A DNA stretch of 64,000 bases. It comes from Macrostomum hystrix (lineage: Eukaryota; Animalia; Platyhelminthes). The translations under genes were made by a program, and so were the position numbers. Where the stretch lies: NCBI GenBank assembly GCA_950097015.1, contig CATNEN010000034.1, positions 6,076,001 to 6,140,000 on the forward strand, written 5' to 3'. Numbering within the stretch: position 1 is the stretch's first letter; every line of letters begins with the position of its first letter. Shown in pieces: positions 1 to 12,714 of this stretch. The notes beneath the pieces were generated by a model. It saw only the letters and a program-made list of their open reading frames with translations, had not been told where the DNA came from and did no database searches.

Positions 1-1598
1 CTTCGCACCCTCTGATTGAGTCGATTGTGATAACCTTCCAGGCCATTTTTGGTTCGAATGCTGCGGTTGAAAACGCTAACTTCGTCGAGCTGCCAGACAT
101 GACTGTGGATCCACGTGTTAGCGATGTACTCACAGAGTGCGCTCAGCTGCTCATTTTCTACTGCCTGTTACAACTCCAAGAACTGAGCTTCCATGCGATT
201 GCCAGGCAGAAAAGGGAGCGCCATTAATTTTTGGCAAAAGGCTCGGACTGTCTCATTGTTGGCATATGCCACTTGTAGGCCCAATGACTGCACTTGCCGC
301 CAAATGGCTTGGGAGTAGTGGAAGTTGCAACCATGTCGCTTAACTTCCGGAAAAACTGACCTGACAGCTCTCCACATCGCTGCTTCAAAGTCGAGTCTGA
401 TGCTGATGAGCTGGCAGTCAGGAAGCATGTCTTTCAGAGCCTGTAACACTCGCCGGTAGTCCCGCTTGCTCTTGCCAGACATGAGAATGAATACCAAAGG
501 TATTTGCTTGATGGACTCGTTCCGGCGTACATAGCCATGGAAGATGTAGAGCTGCAGAAATGGCTCCTTCACAACAAAAAATGTTCCGTCACCATACCAC
601 TCTTTACATTGTCCCAGCAGCTGTAACTGTACATCGCTTGCAAAGATAAAGTGGCGTCGCCCATTTTCCTCAATGCGGACCTCACTTCGAAGAAAATTGT
701 CTGGCAGTGCATCCTCGTGAACTTGGAAAAGCAGATCTCGTGGTTCGATGGGGCGCAGTGCAGCTCGCGCTCTATTCCCAGCTTTCGCAAGCAATTCTAG
801 CTTTGACAACTGCGGCAAGCCTTGTAACTTGTCTTCATTTTCCAGCATGAGTTGTTCGGCGATTTCAGCTGCTGGCTTGAATATCTCCTGTCGAGCTTGA
901 TCACGCACATCGCGAACAATCTCTCTTCGCATCGATGGTTGTCCGACTGGCTGGCAGGTGTGCTCGCTCCTGCCAGAGGTGTATACACCATTTGCCTCAA
1001 TAGCGGAAGCAGCACATTTAGTGTTCGTGTTTCGGATTGTGCACCTCCAGTATGTTCGGTCACCACGACTGAACTGTCGACTGTAACTGAATCCATCAGA
1101 GCGGACCAGAATGTCCTTCCCCTTCTCAGAAGCACGTGGAATGAGAGTGAAGACAATAGGCACTGCTTGATGTGCTATAACCTGTGGTGGAGCATCTTCA
1201 TCCATAGAGCTCTCTATATTGGCAGGGTGTTGTGGCTGCAGATCTGGTCGTAGGTCATCTTGAGCGAGCTCTATTTCCTCATCAGAAGAGCTCTCCATGG
1301 GGACATCCTGCTGCTGCTGTTGTTGTTGTTGATGATGATGCAGTTGCTGCAGTTCATGTTGATGCTGATGCGGTTGCTGTTGCTGTTGCTGATGCTGAGG
1401 CTGTGGTTGTGGTTGTGGTTGCCGGCAGTTGTTGCATCTCCATTGAAAGCAATCAAGTTGCTGAAGGGCACGGTACTCCAGCTGGCTGATGCCACTGCCA
1501 CAAGTGCGGTGTTGCCAGCAGTGACACTCATCGCATTGTAGACCTTGTTGTAGCCTACGTACGTCATTGAAACAAACGACGCAGGCTGCGTGGTTCAT
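1..1598 (-). pseudogene. PHD finger + FLYWCH + MULE DDE transposase with an in-frame premature stop at 168-170
   Basis: N-terminal C4HC3 PHD (CVVC..CDEC..H..C..CNNC), a poly-Q/PQ linker, FLYWCH (GFSY..TYWRC..KC..EHTC) and the MULE core (WYGDGTF; LDFEAAM..GCNFHYSQAIWR). The same frame continues after TAA with ...EYIANTWIHSHVW...FNRSIRTKNGLEGYHNRLN, the RTNNxxEG motif carrying the catalytic E. Confidence 0.9.
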
Positions 1599-2085
1599 GG
1601 TTCAACAATGTTACAATGTTTCTGATTCATGTTGACTGTTGAGGTATTTAATTGTGCTTTGTGACTGTCTACACTGTACTTCCCAACACTGTACTTGCCA
1701 ATGCACATTACGTTCTTGCATTAGTCATATTTTAGCCCCATGTTCACCATGCGGCTGTCCCCACAACCCTATTTTGCTCACCCTCTGCCATCTTGCATAT
1801 AATAAAATTCTTGTATATTGATATCAATGCTATAATAAATCGTATTTCAGCAGCCAACTAGCACACTTAAGGCCCATTCATACAGTCATCAAGTGAGGCC
1901 AAATTTTGTGTGATCACACAATTTGCACTAATTTTTCATCCCTTTGAACAAGCTTTTACCCTACTTGCACACTCTAAATGACGTGTCAGTTTCAGATACA
2001 TCAGTAACATCAGTCAGTTGTGTCCTAGCAACGATAGTAGATACATTGTTAGAACAAACCTAGATTGTTTTTATTGACTTTCAAT

Positions 2086-2203
2086 TGTTACCGAACTGTA
2101 CCCGGTGTGTTACCGAACTGTCTCTTGTATGTTACCGAACTGTCCTTGAGTGTTACCGAACTGTCTGTTACCGAACTGTCTGTTACCGAACTGTCCTGTA
2201 TTC
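2086..2203. repeat. Six copies of tgttaccgaactgt(c); the last three are spaced 15 bp apart (putative sub-TIR repeats)
   Basis: Copies start at about 2086, 2108, 2130, 2151, 2166 and 2181. Confidence 0.85.
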
Positions 2204-5200
2204 AGATTTTCTATTTAAGATATGATTATAAATCAAAAGCCAAGTTATAGAAAACATTTATAACTTTCTAAAAAGTATATGCTTTTGCTTTTTTGTCAAA
2301 TAGGAAAAAAGTTTTTCATGTTTTTCATCTAAAACCGAACAATGATTTTCATATATCTTCAAACTGAATGGAGAATTTGATGTTAGGTTTTACAATTTGA
2401 GTGAGTAGTTTAATCTTATTTTAAGGAGTGAACTATCATGAATTATGTCATTTGATAGCATTTTTATGCTCTATATATAACTACATTTATGGTCATTTAA
2501 TTGGAAAGCAACCACATACAATCTTAGTCTAAAGTACATGCTCATAAAATGTTGTTAAAAAGTATGCTTTTGTGATAAAAATTTCTACTGAAATGTCCAT
2601 ATCTTTCCTTCCTTTTAACGCTTCATTGCATGTCATGCCTCAGCTTATAGATAATTTCTTTGACTTTTAAATTAGTTGTTCTGTGAAACACAATAGCTTG
2701 TTTCTGTCTTACATGAGACCAAGGAAGGAGTTAAAATTCTTGTTCGGTTTTGAAGATACACTGTTCGGTTGATGATACATTACCCTAGTGCACTAAGACA
2801 GTGAGACAGCCCAGTTACTAGCTAGTGCACTAGCCATAGAAGTATGCCACAGTTTACAGAATTTTTGTCAAAATGTTTGATGATACTCCATAGTTTAAAT
2901 GTGTGTTTAATGTTGCTTTCAATGCCAAAGTGGATGTTGGACAAAGTTTCCTATTCATCTGTGCTCCTCGAAAAAAAGCAAAACTAACTATGTACACTTT
3001 AGTTTTATATTTTCTGCAATTTGTTTATTTTTAGGGTTTAATAAAAAGTTTATTTAACAAAATTTCTTTGGTCTAATTTTCACATCCCTAACTTTTCAAA
3101 TTTTCTCTATTAAAGGTTCAAGTTGCTAAGATCAGAAGCAGGTCTGTGATAAGAACAATTATTGTTGGTGCTACAGAGCATTCAGTGATTCAGCCAGCCA
3201 TGAATACTAAAAAGAACAAATGAAATAATCTTTCTCTTCCAGTCCTTTCTGCCTTGTTTTTTTCCTTTTTGGTTTTCACTATAGGCATATACCTATACTA
3301 TACACTGCAACATTTGGTTTTGGCCATACACTGCCCATGCACTGCAATCATTCAAAAGTGATAAATTGGTTTATAGTGGCCAGGTAAACTTGTGTGCAAC
3401 CCTATTGGAATTTTTGTACAAAGTTCATGGACACATGCCAGAAACTATAAAATTTAGGCTCAAAAGAGTGCACTGCCAGGCTAACAGCTCTTTTGGCCTA
3501 TGTATCCCTATAGGAAAAAACAGCATTGGGGTGCTGTGCCATGCCAGGCCAAGCTATACCACACAATTAGGCACTGCGCCAACCAGAATTTTCAAAAAGT
3601 GCTGGACATGTGTCTTGAAAAGTGGAGTTTTTTCCTAAATAGGTGTGTTCAAGTCTAGTGGTTTCATTCTATTTTAGCTATTTTTAGTTTATGATAAGTT
3701 AATCAAATGTCCTCAAATGTTGAATAACATATAGTATTAGCTTTGCTCTTTGTACCTTTGCTCTGTTTCAGTGCTACAGGCCTAATGCTATTTGTAAGTG
3801 CTTGAAATGCCTTTAACTAGAATGGCTGTGCCCAGCATTCAAACTGGCCAAGCAGTTTAAACCAGCAGTCTAGCTAAACTTGACCACCTGCAAACAATGA
3901 AGCTGAGACCTAGGGGTCAATATGACTAAGCTGCGTGTCAAACAAGGCATGTAGACCATACTTTGGAGAGAGAGTTTGCCTAGTAATGCAAGATGAGACC
4001 AATGTATTTGTAGAATGCCACCCATTTTACATAGACTAACCCTAACCATCTAGCACAATGTGATAGATCTAGCACAAGTTTGACCATAAATTGCACTTGA
4101 AAAGGCTTTTCTCCTGCACAGTGTAGCCTGAGAATTTCAGTCTCACTACTCAGAATATGGCTTTGGGGCCTAGTCCAGTGCATTAATTTTTATTGGTTGC
4201 AGTAGGCGGAAGAAAGCTGGCAAAAAAACTATATACTGGTGTCAGATTGTCAGAAGGCTTGCTTGACTAGTATTCCAGATGATATCTATATTTCATGTGT
4301 TTTCTAGTTAATATATTCTGTTTTATATTATTTAAAGTAGATTCTATTATACCTTTAAAATTCTGACCACAAATTTATACTGAGCCAATATGCTAAAATT
4401 TCAGCTAAAAAGTGGCAACAAGCCATAGCTCTAATTTATCCATAACTAATAGACATTAATTAGTTTGTTAGAAGTGTTAAAAGTTAAATTGACAGCTTCT
4501 GCAATATTCCAGTTTTTCTGTAAAAAAAGTACATGAATACTACCAATTAAGTTGACTGGTTTTAAGCTATGCCCCTATTTCATTATCATTGCTGAAAAAT
4601 GCTGTCTATGTATGTATCAATATTACTTTTAGATATATCTACTATATACTGTGGTAGTGTGGTATTGTGTTTTTAGATGCTTTCAAACTCTCTAAAAACT
4701 ATTTGCAATTGCACCAGATTTTTCTAATTGAATAGTTAAATTTTTTTATTATTTCCTTTTTATACTGGAAGCTATGGATCCATTGTATTTTTTAGGTTTA
4801 TAAACTGCCTCAGTGGGTATAAAGTTTATTTGAAAGTTTGCTAAAGCCTGATTAGAAATAAAAATATACTTGCTAATATATTTAAAGAAAAGTCCCCATG
4901 GGGCTACTGGGAGGCAGGCAGACTGAACTGAATTTGCTGTAGAGGTTATTGTGGCTGCTGTGCTGCTGATGTCAGCTAAGACAGTTGACTTGACTGTCAG
5001 CATCACATTACACTGACCAAATAGGCCCAGCATATTGTTCTGGGTGTCTGGCTTACTATTGAGTATTGAGGCAGAAGGCATTTATGTTTTTAAGTTAAAA
5101 TGTTTTGTGCTGCATTCTCAGTTCAATCATATTTACAACCAACATGGGATAGAAGGGCCTATGGGGGTGCAAAAGGTGGTGGGACAGACTGCCAAACCCC

Positions 5201-5983
5201 TGGCTTTCCAAGGCAGCTGGCTAGGTGCAGTAACCCCTTAAGTTTCCAGATTATTGTTCATATAAGTTGTGCTTAGGTATTATAAAAATGTGTGGTAGAA
5301 AAGCAGGTAAAAGTATTAACATTACTACTATTTTTATAGGCTCTATTTCATACACTTCACATCAATGTTGTTTAGGGAATAATTTATAAGTTGCCAATTT
5401 TTTTTCTAATTTAAATTAGTTCTTAGTTTAGTTATACATTTCCATTGGAAATTCCGTTTTTATCATCAGTACTTAATAAACCTGTTTAAAAACGAAAGAG
5501 TAGCACAATTCCATTTTGTACTCGTGCTATCCGCTTTAATCATAGATGTTCCACGGGTTAACTGTTGTTAGGTCTATTTTTAGTTCATGACTTCGTATTG
5601 GTCTATTGGACTGTACTTGTACTCTCTATTTTTCTCTAACACTCCAGTTGCGCCAGCCCCACTCCCCGCCTATCCAGTGCTTGAACGGGAAGTAAAAACT
5701 GTATAAAAACATGGATCGCAAAGCAAGCTAACTGAATAGAATAGTTCCGTCTCTGTACTGCACTGTTCCAGATTATCATTCTTTTCAGACTGCATCATTC
5801 TTTTCTGTAAGCATATTTACATGGAGAATCTATTCAGGATGCCATATTTGTAAGTGACTTTTATGCACGCAAGCTAGTTAATAGTCTCTTAGTTTATATT
5901 TAAAAGTACAAAACTGACCTCAAACTATTTGCAGCTGCACTGGTCGCTATTCGCATAGCAGCCCAACCGTCACCTCAACAGAC

Positions 5984-8851
5984 ATGCCGCTACCAAACAG
6001 TGCCAATACGCCAATCAGTCGGGAAGGTATTCTAGTTCGGGAGTACCTAGTGCACGCCAATCTCTGCCCAAGCGGTTGTCGCGGCGTTCGTCAACGCGAC
6101 TCCCTGACCGAGGACGCGTTGAATGCATTGCTGGCGCTGACAGACGAATACGAGAGGCACTACGGTGCCCAGCTAGACGAATTGGCTACCAACTGGTCTA
6201 TCGGCGCACAGAACCCGCATGTAAGCTTTGTTGAAGTGCTGGACACCATATTCATGGACGGCTGCAACTGGGGCCGCGTTGTGACCGTCTTCATCTTTAT
6301 TGGCATGTTTCTAAGAAAGTGTCAGACCGAAGCTGCCGGATTGGTCAGCGTTGACGACGTCACCGACTGGTCGGTGGCCTACCTGCGCGACCAACTCGGC
6401 CCCTGGATAGGAGAGCACGGCGGATGGGTGAGATTGCCTTGCTAATTATATCTTTTGTCTGTTCCTTTCAGGTTTTTATCTTTTTTTCTACCAGCTTTCC
6501 CTTTATTCCTGTCTGTTTTTCAACTATTCCTGTCTGTTTGTCAACTATTCCTGTCTGTTTTTCAACTATTCCTGTCTGTTTTTCAACTATTCCTGTCTGT
6601 TTTCCCTCTATTCCTGTCTGTTTTCCCTCTATTCCTGTCTGTTTCCCATTCCTGTATGTTTCCCTGTTTCCCATTCCTGTCTGTTTTCCCTCTATTCCTG
6701 TCTGTTTTCCCATTCCTGTCTGTTTCCCATTCCTGTCTGTTTCCTATCTATTCCTGTCTGTTTTCCATCTATTCCTGTCTGTTTTCCATGTATTCCTCTC
6801 TTTTTCTGTTTCTCAGATTCTTCTGTCTCTGTAAAATTTAGTCCTACTGAATGCAATTTCAAATATTAAACACAACTTTACTCTGGTTAATTTGGTCTTT
6901 CAGTCTACCAAGCATTTCTTATCCTATCTGTTTGAGGCGTCTCACCTGACCTCGGTGGGGCAGTATCTTATCTTGGGAATGCAAACTTCATTTGATATAA
7001 GGTTATAAATATAGTCTGCTTCTAACACTCATACGCTTGTGTGAGTCACTTAACTGTGAGCTTTCATAAGATTAGTCTATCTTTTCTAAAAAATCTAATA
7101 TGATTTAGTAGCGATAATCTTTTATTTTATTTTCTTTTCTAGAAGCATTCAGTTCTATCATTTCAAGTTCATTTTTTGAAATAATATTTTTGTTTTGAAA
7201 CAGATTTGGAAGACACCTCCTCTAGCTTGCTAGTGTCTTGTGTGAAAGAGAATTGTTGTGCAAAGCAAACATGTTTGTCTGTGACTAACAATTATATATT
7301 TCAAAAATTCACTATTGTTAAAGCCAGACACATAAGCTATAAATAGCTTACCATGGTTATAACAGGGTACTCTGCACAAAGACAGACAAGTGACTAGTGC
7401 TGCAATTCTATACTGGATTAACTAAAACCCAGTGCACTGCAGTTTAACTGTAAATGCACCGTGCTGACTCATTCGCTACTGAAATTTGCTGCTTTCAAAA
7501 CTCCACATCTGACCTGTTCCGATGGGCAAGACTGGGGAGTGAAGTATAAAAAGGAAATGCTGGTCTGCCGCACAAAGACCCTACTATGCCGCTTATCAAA
7601 TTTAAACAGGCAAATGCCGCCTAGTCAAGCCTAAGATCATTTGATAGGACTACCCTACAGTCACTCCACTATGATATTTATAGTCTCGTTTAACTGATTT
7701 TTAATAAATTATTCATGGAGTTTTCTGATCAATTCTAACACTGCTGCCTTGATTCGCTACACAGGAAGTGTGGGCGGTTTTATAGTCTTCGTGAGATTAT
7801 TTACATCTGTGCCTGTGCTTTTTCAATCAGTCATGGGTTGGGTGAATAAAATTTTTATTTATTGTGGATATATATATGCTCAAGTATGAATAATTTTAGG
7901 TTTATCAGGACTTTTACTTTGTTAGGCTCCGTGTTTAACAGGAAACAAATATGGTCAAGCAACTTACTTAGCGAATATCGCGGATGTGTGTCATTTCTCC
8001 AGATTAAACTGGACTGGCAGTGAAGGTTGCCAATCAAATTTATGATAAACAATAGTATTTTAATTAAGTGGGTCAATTAGAGAAATAGGACACGGGAGAG
8101 ATAAACATTGGAGAGATGAGACATTGGAGAGATGAGACACGGAAGAGATAAGACATTGGAGAGATGAGGCACGGAAGAGATGAGACACTGGAGAGATGAG
8201 GCACGGAAGAGAAAAGACATTGGAGAGATAAGACAGGTGAATGTGTTTAAAATGGACATAAGGGTTGGATTCAGTAGTTTTGTGGGCCGCAGTTTGCCGC
8301 CCTTGATCTAGGTTAACAAAACGAAATACTATCTGGATGAATAAATATCGCCAGCTAATTGACTATATGAATGTAAATTCTATTTGAAATTAAATTTAGA
8401 ACAGGCTTATCATGAAGATATTTTAGGAAACTATTAAAGCCATATTTTCCTGTCCTTTCTTTAGTAATTTACGTCCCGTTTTATCGCGCGATAAGCTGGA
8501 CATGCATACTTGTATTAGCGAATTACTGCGCTTGCGTTGTTTGATGCATATAGATAGTGCAGCAATTTAGAGAGATGTTAAAATACCATATTTTTAAGAC
8601 AGCTTGGCGAAGTTAGCCTGTGTTAGTGCGTGTTTCATATCTGGGCTGGTTTTTTTCGTCAAAATATAACAAATAAAATCACGACCAACTACGCCCTCCA
8701 CGCGCAGCTCGGCCTGGTGCAGTTTCATCGCGATGGCGACGCCGAGAACCGGCTAGACATGGGAGGCCGAATGTTTAAGCGGCTGATAACTTTGGCCGGA
8801 GCTAGCATTGTACTGCTTAGTCTTGGCTCCCTGCTCACTAATCGCGCCTAA
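5984..8851 (+). CDS. Multidomain Bcl-2 family protein, about 195 aa; exons 5984-6427 and 8708-8851
   Basis: BH4-like (ILVREYL), BH3-like (LLALTDEYE), BH1 (DGCNWGRVVTVF) and BH2 (WIGEHGGW). A phase-0 GT-AG intron follows GGW, the conserved family position. Exon 2 reads LGLVQFH...RLITLAGASIVLLSLGSLLTNRA*, a C-terminal tail anchor. Confidence 0.92.
6495..6830. repeat. Degenerate ~21-bp pyrimidine-rich minisatellite (ttcctgtctgtttttcaacta) in the Bcl-2 intron
   Basis: About 15 imperfect tandem copies starting about 70 bp after the splice donor. Confidence 0.9.
8089..8236. repeat. 16-bp purine-rich minisatellite (acattggagagatgag / acacggaagagataag)
   Basis: About 9 tandem copies in the Bcl-2 intron. 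Confidence 0.85.
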
Positions 8852-10185
8852 AGCTCAGTCTGCCCCGGCCCACCGCCAGTGTTAGAAATCTGCCTTTTCT
8901 AAATTCTATTGGACTCATTGGCTTCATTTAAAAAACTGTCGCGCTTACTTTCTTGCTTATTTTAATTTTGTCTTTAATTTACAATTCATTGTCAGTTCCG
9001 GACAAAACAGCTTTAATTTTTGTTTGTTTTTCCATGTGTTTAAAATCTTCTTTTTTTACTAAAGTATCTTTCAGTAAGTAACAAAATGTACTACTTGGGT
9101 GTCCGACCTTTATCTTTTTATATTTTATAAATGAACAGAGCCTCCATTACTTATCTAGGTGTATTTTAATATAGAAAAACGCGTTTGAATTCTTAGAAAG
9201 CGCTGCCTTCAATATTCCCATTGAAAACTCAAGCATTGCCCTTACCCCAGATACTGGAGAGATGTCAAGCACTTTAATCTAAAAGACGTTAAATTTTTTA
9301 CTGGCAAAAGTTTGTTTTAATTTTGCTTTTTAGTTTCCAAGTCGATTTAATCGGCCCAGTTTTAAGCTGTAACTCGGACTCGTGCCGCTAATCTAGGATT
9401 ATGCAAGAAGATAATGTTGTACGTGTATTTTATAGGATTGATTGAGTGAAATTATTATAAAGTTGCATTTGCATACGAATCAGGATGTGTTGATATAAGC
9501 AAACTATCATTTTTGTATTATTTAATTTCGAATTTAATTATATTGCGATATGTATTTCGTGTATTTACCAAATAAACAAACTCATAGCGAGCCAAAAATT
9601 GTAAGCAATTGCGTCATATCAATTTTAGTGCTGTTTTATATTGATTGGCTTCTCTATTCTTTCCTATGTGTATTGTGTTTCTAATGAGTTAATAATAAGG
9701 GTCCTCAAAGCTATAATCTAGTGAGTTCCAGTCTTTCCAGCATAGTTTGCACCAGTTTTGTTTAGTGCAACCGGTCACGAGCTAATGGCTATTTACTAGT
9801 AGGCAATTTGCGCATAATGTAGGGTCGAATCTAACACGGCGTGTTGTGCTGACAGCTACTTTATTTTATGTTTAGTTGGATTAAGTATTATATTGTTTTT
9901 ATTATGCGTGCTTGTGATTGTGTTGCGTAATATCTCATCATGATGCCAATTATTTTCGTATTTACTAATATTACTCTGGTGGTAATTGGTTTGCGTTGCC
10001 ATATTTCGTTAAAATTGTATGAGCCAAAATTATTGTTTCTTTTAACTATTAATTTCGCCTAGTCTTATTGTAGTCTTAAGATTAAACGATACTCTATCAC
10101 CCAAGTACTTTATCTATACTAAGCGGCCTTTGTGAAAATTTCTTAGACAAAATTAATAGAGAGAGATAGTAATAGTACTGTGATA

Positions 10186-10510
10186 GAGGTTGTAGCCTAG
10201 TGGGTAGGGCGTCGGACTCACGACTTGAAGGTCGGGGGTTCGATTCCCGACACCACTGGAACAATTTGCGTCCTTTAACAAGACACTCAACTCTGCATTG
10301 CTTCAGTTCACCCAGCTGTTAAATGGGTACCAGCATCAGCTGGGATAATTGAAGGTGGGTGTGGCGTCCACCCAGTCCGTGGACTGAACAGCTGTACGCA
10401 GCCTTCAGATGCGCCGCGCATTAGCTGCGGCTGTGCTGTCGGCTGCACACCTGACCCAATTGGGGCAGGTGTAATCAATTATTATTGTTACTCGTATTAT
10501 TATAATTATT
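10186..10510 (+). mobile_element. tRNA-derived SINE, near full length
   Basis: Pol III A box TAGCCTAGTGG and B box GGTTCGATTCC, central domain (aacaagacactcaac...cacccagctgttaaatgggtacc) and a degenerate (ATT)n tail. An inverted second copy lies at 35641-35830. Confidence 0.88.
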
Positions 10511-12714
10511 AGACAAAAACTCCCACTCCTTTGAATTTTTAGCAAGTCTACAGGTACAACTTTTGAATGGTTCATTTATACGTCTTTGTGTCATTCTCGT
10601 TGATTCATGCTTTTCGTGTGTATTTTTTGTACTGCTATTTTTCGAACTTTCGCTCTAGTTTTGCTTGAATTTTTGCATCACATAGTGAAATACACTATTG
10701 AGCTGGATCAGCCTAGTATGTCAAGAAAATGTGGCCTATGCCTGTCACTTCATGCGCTAAATTCCATGTTCGAGCTTCGCTTTTTTGGAAATTGCTTCCG
10801 CATCAAAATACGCGTTATGTGTGCCTATAACAGTGTATTTGACTATCTGTGGTCGTCACAGTTATGTCTTTTAAAGTAATACAAGAATAGCTGTCCGCTT
10901 GTACTCGTAAATAAGATTCTTTGTGTTCGGCACAGCAGGATGTTTACACAGGGACATCGAACTTGTTTAGTAGTGTGTCCCTCAATCCGAGTTAGCTGAA
11001 TGACTCGTTCCATATGAATAACCGCGGACCTGGGGCATTATCGAGTGAAACTGCTGCATCTTGCGTGCAAGCTAAAATGAGTTTACAATGTAAATATGAA
11101 AATCATAACTATAATGCTAATAGCTAGAACGCACGAATGTGTGAATTTTCGTTTGCAACCCACCGGATTCTAGATTTGAAATTCGCACGGCTCTTGATCT
11201 AAGCATAACTTCTTATTGTGTATCTTTATTTAGTAGTAAATTTGTAGAATTTGTTCTACCTGTTCTACAATACTAAAACGACTTTCGTTTAATCTTGTAT
11301 AAATTTGCATTAGAGTAAGTAAAAAATTAAGACGAGCAAGGTTAAAATATTGACAAGCTATATCAAGCTATATATAGATGCCATTCCTATATCAAACAGC
11401 AAAATGTCCTTCCTTGTGGTTTTTCAAACCCTAAATTTATTTAAAAAATATTAGTAAAGTCTGTATTTTTAACGTTTACTCATTCAAGATAAAGTCTTGA
11501 TTTAGAGCAAGATAAAGTATTAATGCGAGGCAAAAAAAATTATTTTGAAATAGCAGTTAATTACAAGATAAAAAAATAATTTCTAGTTAAAGTTTGTAAA
11601 CTTAATTTAAATTAAATACCCTAGCATAATAATAAATATTTATATACAAAACAATTTGTTATAACAACTGTCTCTAGGCATCAAGCCTAGCGTAAAAAAT
11701 TTGATCGTGTGCATACGAAAATATATTTACGTCTTGTGAAACAGTCAGATTATTATGCGATCCATGGCTAATGTGTTTAAGGATCATTTTAGTGTAAGAA
11801 AACTGAATATACACAGCCTGATACACATTTCACTTGTTAGTTCTTAAAGCGCAAGATTTTTTAAGTTTCGCAAACGACATTAGGACTAGGTAAATGTCTC
11901 GATATACTTACAGGCGATATTAGTCAACATTCGAATAAATGAAAAAATCTCGATCGGAAAAGAACTAGCGTTGCATTTAAACCACCACTTAATATTTTAG
12001 CTTTTTGCACTTTAAAGTGCTTTGCAGAGTAAAAACCTGAAAAACTGTATTGTTCTATAATACAGCTAATATACTTCGGTTTATTTTAGAGCGAATAGAT
12101 CTTGTTTTCTTAGCCTTTCTTTTTTTGGCCGCAGTCAACGACATGAAAAAGAATCTTTTTAGTAGCATAAATTAGTTTTTTATATATGGTGGAAAAATGC
12201 TTTTAATAAAAACTATTTTTAGTTTCGCAGTAATAAAAATAAATTTTGTAACATTATAATGCTTATGCCCAATTTAAATATATGGCACAATGAATTATAC
12301 ATGTTTTTCAATGCCACCAAATTTTTGCATCTACTATATTTAGTATTTTAAAGGATTATCTAAAAGTAAGTTTTACTACACGTACTGATTGATGCTTTAG
12401 CTATCAGCGATAATTAAGATATTGAACGATTGTAAAACTTCGAAATGAATATCTAGTTTCTCCACTTAGAATGTTTATGTAGTAATGCTGTTACCAGTTT
12501 ACTTTGTATGAGTGTAGGCAGAATTTTTTATAGTTTATTTAGTACAATTTTGTGATAGTACACTTAGTACGTTAAATTAAACTAAAGCACTTCAAAAAAC
12601 AAATTTTTCATAAAAAAATCCTAACTTCATTACTACATTTCAGACGAATCAATCTGAATCGAAGAACCGAGAGCAAAGAAACACTTTAAGCACCTACTGC
12701 AAAAGAGCCTGAGT

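Larger units (their letters stand above)
1..2203 (-). mobile_element. Mutator-superfamily (Phantom-like) DNA transposon, 5' part; the other end lies outside the window
   Basis: Minus-strand transposase ORF, plus a cluster of sub-terminal repeats at 2086-2203 upstream of it, typical of the complex TIRs of Phantom-type MULEs. The TSD and opposite TIR cannot be checked here. Confidence 0.75.

Noticed and set aside
10186-10260. Possible tRNA gene
   Set aside because: A and B boxes are present, but the sequence continues into a SINE body and a second dispersed copy exists. It is a SINE head.
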